Shown here: positions 58,868 through 64,000 of the stretch, piece after piece
Layout: each line of letters opens with the position of its first letter
Position numbering within the stretch: the stretch's first letter is position 1
Assembly (NCBI GenBank): GCA_963706575.1
Contig: CAVPNL010000004.1
Coordinates: 552,476-616,475 of the forward strand
Reading direction: 5' to 3'
Source: an uncultured delta proteobacterium
GTDB lineage: Bacteria > Desulfobacterota > Desulfobacteria > Desulfobacterales > JAHEIW01
Length of the DNA stretch: 64,000 nucleotides
Program-made: the position numbers and the translations under genes
The notes under the pieces: model-generated
Told to the model about the DNA's origin: nothing
The model's database searches: none
What the model saw: the letters and a program-made list of their open reading frames with translations, nothing else

Positions 58868-60598
58868 TTACATTTTGACCCTCTTTAGGTCATCAACCCA
58901 ACTGTTTGCAATCCGGGCCGTTGACTGCACAATTCCATGTGCCATACTGGCGTCGATGATCTGGCCTCTGGTCATCGCGCCGACAGCATAAATCGAGTTG
59001 GATTTAACTGGTCTTTTGTTAGACACCTTCCGAATAACATGGTGGGTCTCGGGATCTATCCACACGCTTCCGGTTTTATATGTATGTAATTTCGTTTTCG
59101 ATTGATTGACGAATCGGTTGCCGAGGCCATTTTCTGGTTGAACGGGTTGGGTTTCTTCATTTTGGACGATGCCCCGTTCAAGCAGGTTCTTCGTTAAAGG
59201 GGAGGGATCTATCTGGATGGACTTTGCCTGACCGCGTGCATTAACCACATACCGGTAAGCATCTCTTTTTGTCTCACCGTTAGAATCCTGATAGATAAAT
59301 TCCCAGACGTCTTTTGTGTCATTTTTGACAAATTGATTATTTCTTCCCAGTTTAAATACCTCAACCAGCCCGGACTTCATGAGCGCCAGCATTTTTTCAG
59401 CATTGATGGCTGGCTGGGTTGCTGCATGTGTAAAAAATATCGAAGTGTATGTTTTATCGAAACGCTTCCGATCTTCCAGCGATAGTCTCAGATAAATCTC
59501 TCGGACCATATCAAAGGACTGATGAAGGACGGTTTGCCACACGAGTTCGCCATCCGGCCCATCTCCACGTCTTGCGTCTTCCAAATATTGCTGTAACAGC
59601 TCTGCGGGCGGTCTCGTCGGGCTTACAACTGCTTTCCAATTAATTGCGTGTCCGTATGCCGCTTCCAGCTCTGAATTTAATAACTGAAATACGGCTTCGA
59701 GGTTTAAATATCCTTGGTTTTCGGCGATCAAACTTTCCAATTTTTTGCGCGTCAGAAACATGTTGCGGTATTTACCCATCTTGCCTCTGACTTTCGGCAG
59801 CAGTCCTCTTCTGGAGTAGAGCGCAAATTTTCTTGGATTTGCGGGCGGGACATACACTAGTTCATTAGAATTATCACGAATAAAATTGCCATTTGAAGTG
59901 AGGGTTAAAACAACCTCTATGGCACTTAAACTCGTTCCAATTACGGCGACTTTCTCGCCCTCTGGAATTTTTTCAAGTAATTGTCTCGCCGGCCACGGTG
60001 AGGGAAAGTAGTTATGCTGTTCTTTTTTTTCAAACCAATGCCCGGTTGCAAGCAAAATACGGTCGGCGAGACATGAAAAAGTTGACCCCGATAACAGTTG
60101 CTTCACGGTGAGATGGATCTTATCATCGCTTCGCTTTTCTAAATCGATAACCTCAGATCCCGAAAAAAGTTCCACCCCAACACCCAGCGCTTGTGCTTTT
60201 TGATGGGCCTCTTGAAATTTTGCTTTAAGGTATTCGCCCATGATTGCGCGTGGGTAATGATTGCAGCCTTCATAGCTAAAAGATGTATCATCTATCCATT
60301 GATAACGTTCTTTGAGCCGATCATGATTTATGGTCGCCCAATCTTGGAAATCCTCAGGATGGCCCACCAGGATGCCCATGTCCTTGGCACACATGTTCGT
60401 AATATGAAAGGGCATGACGTTTCTATCACAATGGGGAAAGCCGGGTCCGAAGATGTCTTGCTTTTCAAAAATCTGAATTTTAATCTCAGAAGGATTTAAC
60501 AAGTTCAGATCAATTTCTTGTCGCACCTTCTCTACAAACATGTGAAGCATAGCGGTTCCCGTCAATCCACCGCCAACAATTGCAAAAGTAAAGCTCAT
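58868..60598 (-). CDS. FAD/NAD(P)-binding protein (YdhS-like)
   Basis: AIVGGGLTG, YPRAIMGEYL, LATGH, GTSLSAIE, SRRGLLP, VNARG. Confidence 0.85.
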   Translation of the reverse strand: MSFTFAIVGGGLTGTAMLHMFVEKVRQEIDLNLLNPSEIKIQIFEKQDIFGPGFPHCDRNVMPFHITNMCAKDMGILVGHPEDFQDWATINHDRLKERYQWIDDTSFSYEGCNHYPRAIMGEYLKAKFQEAHQKAQALGVGVELFSGSEVIDLEKRSDDKIHLTVKQLLSGSTFSCLADRILLATGHWFEKKEQHNYFPSPWPARQLLEKIPEGEKVAVIGTSLSAIEVVLTLTSNGNFIRDNSNELVYVPPANPRKFALYSRRGLLPKVRGKMGKYRNMFLTRKKLESLIAENQGYLNLEAVFQLLNSELEAAYGHAINWKAVVSPTRPPAELLQQYLEDARRGDGPDGELVWQTVLHQSFDMVREIYLRLSLEDRKRFDKTYTSIFFTHAATQPAINAEKMLALMKSGLVEVFKLGRNNQFVKNDTKDVWEFIYQDSNGETKRDAYRYVVNARGQAKSIQIDPSPLTKNLLERGIVQNEETQPVQPENGLGNRFVNQSKTKLHTYKTGSVWIDPETHHVIRKVSNKRPVKSNSIYAVGAMTRGQIIDASMAHGIVQSTARIANSWVDDLKRVKM

Positions 60599-60844
60599 CT
60601 AAACCTTAGTCCTGACTTGTGTCCTTTGGTATCGCATACATATGATTAAATCCCGACATTATAGATACAGAGAGGACCTTTAAGTTGTAACACCATGAGG
60701 AAAAGTGAACTATATTCGTTATAAGACTGTATTTCATGAAAGGCATATTAAGACAACTCATTTTCATTGAATTTATTCATTCGTTGTGTAATCCATAATT
60801 AAATTTATCTTGAATGCGCACCAATCAGAAGGATAGTTGCTTTT

Positions 60845-61654
60845 ATGAAACTACGCTACGATCCTTACCAGGTATTTCGGTTTAGCAAAACGCCTGTGGG
60901 TCTTTATGCCCGACAAAAGTGGCTTGGAGAAGCCGGAACGCCTCAGTGGAAAATTGACTTTAAGGAGACGGTAGTTGCACTTTTGGCGGACCAATTGCCT
61001 GATGGATCATGGCGTAGGGCCACGGTCGAAACCATTCATCGTCTGTTCGGGCTTCATCTGACAATGCGATCTTCCACTGCACAGATAGATACCGCCCTGA
61101 CTTGGATTTTAGATAAGATCGCTTTTCAGGCAGAAGGGATTCATATCCATGCCGAAGATATATCCACTATCCCCAATCTAAAGGGGCTTCCGTTTATCCC
61201 GAGTCGACCAGATATGTTTTTGACAGGCGCGGCGCTATTTCTATCCACTATATTTGGCCGCCAAAGTTATCCAGATGTGCTGGCCTTGTATAAGTGGCTG
61301 AGTTCAGAAGGGATAAAAAACCAAGGCCGTTGGTTTGATGAGGCATCTTCCCACAATATTTTCCGCGCCATGGTCGTGCATCCCATATTTGCTAAAAAAA
61401 AGGCCACAATACTGGCGGCTAAGCATCTTGCTGAGTTGCAGACAGATACGGGTTTTTGGAAGAATGATTTACCGTTTTATCAAACCCTTAATGCGCTGGC
61501 GCATTTGGATTTGCATCAGGTAGAAACCCAACTTGAAAAGGCCTTTGAACGGTTATTTGAAAATCAAAATAGCGACGGCACCTGGAGCAAGTCTGAGCCT
61601 GAGTGGAATACGTTTTTAGCAATTCATGCACTAAAAAATAAAGGGCTTTTGTGA
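60845..61654 (+). CDS. Prenyltransferase/squalene-cyclase repeat-like protein
   Basis: QW-like repeats QLPDGSW, QTDTGFW, QNSDGTW. Confidence 0.7.
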   Translation: MKLRYDPYQVFRFSKTPVGLYARQKWLGEAGTPQWKIDFKETVVALLADQLPDGSWRRATVETIHRLFGLHLTMRSSTAQIDTALTWILDKIAFQAEGIHIHAEDISTIPNLKGLPFIPSRPDMFLTGAALFLSTIFGRQSYPDVLALYKWLSSEGIKNQGRWFDEASSHNIFRAMVVHPIFAKKKATILAAKHLAELQTDTGFWKNDLPFYQTLNALAHLDLHQVETQLEKAFERLFENQNSDGTWSKSEPEWNTFLAIHALKNKGLL

Positions 61655-61704
61655 TAAGGCTAATACATTGGAAAGTGATAGAGAACGGATTAGAATGCCC
61701 ATTT

Positions 61705-62343
61705 TTAATATTTTTCTATAGGAATCAGCACTTCGTTGCGACGCAGAAACCAGGGCATGAATGGTGGGTCATAGCGTGCCCAGACCGGTGCGCCCTTTTT
61801 GGTCAAAACCCGTTTTCGAATGTATTCTTCCAACAGGGCTTTGTTTTCCTCGTACCCTTCTTCACTCCAGGTCCCTGAATACTTAACAGCGACCATTAGG
61901 CGGCCGGATTCTTCTGTCAACCTTACCCTTGTGTCATTGGGTTCCGGAAGCGTTTCCAGAGTATATTCTGCCGGCATGAGAAAAGTGATTCGCCATCGAT
62001 TATCTTTCTTCTCCTGTTTGACCGGCGCGGTCATGGCAATTTTTTTCGAACCGGTTTCCTGGCTGATAGGCGCCGTCATGGAGATTGACTGCTTTTTGGT
62101 GTTCTCCCCGGAGATGTAGGCATAGAGGCGGCGAAAACCCTCATTGCCTGCATTTTCTAGATCGCCTTCGACAAAGGTTTCAGCCACGATCTGGGGATCA
62201 TACTGCCTGATTTCAAAACCATCTTCTTTCTCCAAAACTGTATATTTTGCTTTCTCAATGGCCATGGCCGATTTAACCACCAGTAATGATGAAACGCCTA
62301 AAAGCGCAAATCCGGCTAATCCAATAATTTTGAATGTTCGCAT
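61705..62343 (-). CDS. SOUL heme-binding protein
   Basis: FEIRQY, GFRRLYAYISGEN, I.MTAP (duplicated), YDPP...LRRNEVLIP. Confidence 0.93.
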   Translation of the reverse strand: MRTFKIIGLAGFALLGVSSLLVVKSAMAIEKAKYTVLEKEDGFEIRQYDPQIVAETFVEGDLENAGNEGFRRLYAYISGENTKKQSISMTAPISQETGSKKIAMTAPVKQEKKDNRWRITFLMPAEYTLETLPEPNDTRVRLTEESGRLMVAVKYSGTWSEEGYEENKALLEEYIRKRVLTKKGAPVWARYDPPFMPWFLRRNEVLIPIEKY

Positions 62344-62929
62344 ATCGATTTCTCCTATAAAACAACAACGAAAATAACATAATCACGCAAACAATGTCTG
62401 CAAGGATGCTTCGAACCTTTAAGTGTCACCAATTGTGTGATCATACAACTCGAACAAGCAAACATCCTTTTACAGGACTATCCTCACTCACAAAATTATT
62501 ACGATATGATCTAAGCTTTGACATCACTGTTATTATTACCAGAAAAGAATTAGCTTGAAAACATTCAACTATGGGCAAATTAGAGACAAGCGGATATTTT
62601 GACTGCCCCGGGAAGATTTACCTTCAAAGCTGGAATCGTGAATTTATTTGGTAACACTTTCTCAAAAATTAAGGACTATTTCTCAGTTGAACTTTCAGCC
62701 TTTTGATAACAATGATTGACAAAATGATATTATAATGTTCATTTTAATGCTGTTATTTCTGCATCAAAATAAAAGATAGGCATTCGCTATTAGTTCTGCC
62801 ATATGAAAATTTGTAACAGACGTTTTTCCCCGTATTTATAGATTATGATCGGAAATTTTTACACGGTGGGGTAAATATTCGCGCGTTTGCGATTGATATC
62901 TGCAGCTTGAACAAATATGGAGGTGGGGG

Positions 62930-63646
62930 ATGCCATTGAAAGAAAAAAAAGCGGTTGTGATTGGAGGCAGCTCTGGAATTGGTTTGGCCATTGCCAAGGC
63001 GCTTGTTAATTCTGGTGCGCACGTTGTCATTGCGAGCCGTTCATCTAATAAACTGAATGAGGCGCAAAGAACCATCGGGGTGAATACAGTGGCCTATCGG
63101 CTGGACGTCACACAGGAGAAAAAGGTGCAGCAATTCTTCGAAGATATCGGTCCTTTTGACCACCTCGTGTGCACTGCCGTTAGCGGGATAAACGCCCCAT
63201 TCCTTGAAATGGATACCACTGATGCTAAAACTGTATTTAAGACCAAGTTCTGGGGACAATACTATGCTGCCAGGTACGGGGCGCCCAAGATCAGGCCGGG
63301 GGGCTCCATTACACTGTTTTCCGGCATTGCCAGTCACAAACCCGTTGAGGGACTCTCCGCTATCGCTGCTGCGAATGGTGCCGTCGAGGCCCTCTGCCGC
63401 TCTCTGGCCGTTGAATTGGGGCCAATACGGGTCAACACTGTCTTACCCGCGGTCATTAGCACACCCCAATATGATCGCATGCCTGACGACAAACGCAAAA
63501 AATACTTGGAACACTACGGCGCTAAGCTTCCTGTGAAGCGTCCGGGGAACCCTGATGACGTGGCCGCAACCGTCCTTTACCTCATTTTGAATGCGCATAC
63601 CACCGGGACCCTGGCAGAGGTCAACGGCGGCTATCGACTTGTTTAA
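62930..63646 (+). CDS. Short-chain dehydrogenase/reductase
   Basis: GGSSGIG, KFWGQY, LAVELGPIRVN, VNGG; GGAGG RBS. Confidence 0.92.
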   Translation: MPLKEKKAVVIGGSSGIGLAIAKALVNSGAHVVIASRSSNKLNEAQRTIGVNTVAYRLDVTQEKKVQQFFEDIGPFDHLVCTAVSGINAPFLEMDTTDAKTVFKTKFWGQYYAARYGAPKIRPGGSITLFSGIASHKPVEGLSAIAAANGAVEALCRSLAVELGPIRVNTVLPAVISTPQYDRMPDDKRKKYLEHYGAKLPVKRPGNPDDVAATVLYLILNAHTTGTLAEVNGGYRLV

Positions 63647-63709
63647 AGGCATGGTTTAGAAAACACTCCTATGGGAGATGGGGTGTGATTAATGCTAATT
63701 TGGTTCGAT

Positions 63710-63787
63710 AAAGAATATTTCGAGAACACGGAAGGCAGCGGGATTCTGGCGACTGCAAATAGCGGCGGCAAGGTGGATTGGGCATAG
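63710..63787 (+). pseudogene. Short remnant resembling the N-terminus of a pyridoxamine-5'-phosphate oxidase-like protein
   Basis: Manual translation KEYFENTEGSGILATANSGGKVD then stop; no start codon. Confidence 0.4.
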
Positions 63788-64000
63788 ACAGGAAATTGCC
63801 TTGGTGGGCGCCGGGGAATAAATTTGGCAGCCGATGAACCCGTTTAAGTCAACAACGCTCGAGAGTCATATGGATATCATATCTATGGAAACGAACTTTG
63901 AACTGCATTCGATATTCATACCCCAGAGCCTTTTCGTCCTCCTGTACTGGTAGGTTCGCTATCCGTTCCATCAGTATATTTTCTTCGGCATGCTCAAGGC

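Noticed and set aside
62433-62448. Near-palindrome TTGTGTGATCATACAA upstream of the SOUL gene
   Set aside because: Single imperfect site that does not fit CRP/HcpR/Rex spacing well; not enough to call.

Overview
The window looks like chromosomal DNA from a Desulfobacterota-type (sulfate-reducer-like deltaproteobacterial) genome; this taxonomy is inferred from gene content only. It has two parts. (1) Positions ~1-30 kb are housekeeping/metabolic genes (murB, ferredoxin, nhaP, nudC, SRAP, GNAT-nitrilase fusion, TetR-RND efflux, SPOR, MaoC, PIG-L, acyl-CoA dehydrogenase). This part contains two selenoprotein genes that the ORF track splits at in-frame UGA (a rhodanese and a DUF3179 protein). Each has a hairpin starting 15 nt after the UGA. 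It also contains a two-copy MITE, a three-copy diverged repeat, many palindromes built from tandem oligomers, and a degenerate tRNA-Gly-like cloverleaf just upstream of a mini PEP-CTERM-like gene. (2) Positions ~30.3-62.4 kb are a light/photo-oxidative stress cluster: uvsE; a CarH/LitR-type B12 photoreceptor-repressor with three tandem 11-bp CarH-type operator repeats over its divergent promoter with lon-ftsH; similar repeats upstream of a cluster-encoded sigma-32; DksA; lipocalin; chalcone-isomerase-like, GPH and DUF1295 genes; a desaturase-ufaD-ufaO-ufaM (furan fatty acid-like) block; and a SOUL heme protein. The best candidate for an undescribed system is a B12-light-sensor -> sigma-32/Lon/FtsH -> furan-lipid antioxidant circuit in a probable anaerobe. 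Several genes in and near the cluster are decayed remnants (LOV-like PAS, sulfite-oxidase N-terminus, ADP-ribosylglycohydrolase). All family calls are from motif recognition by eye; no searches were run.
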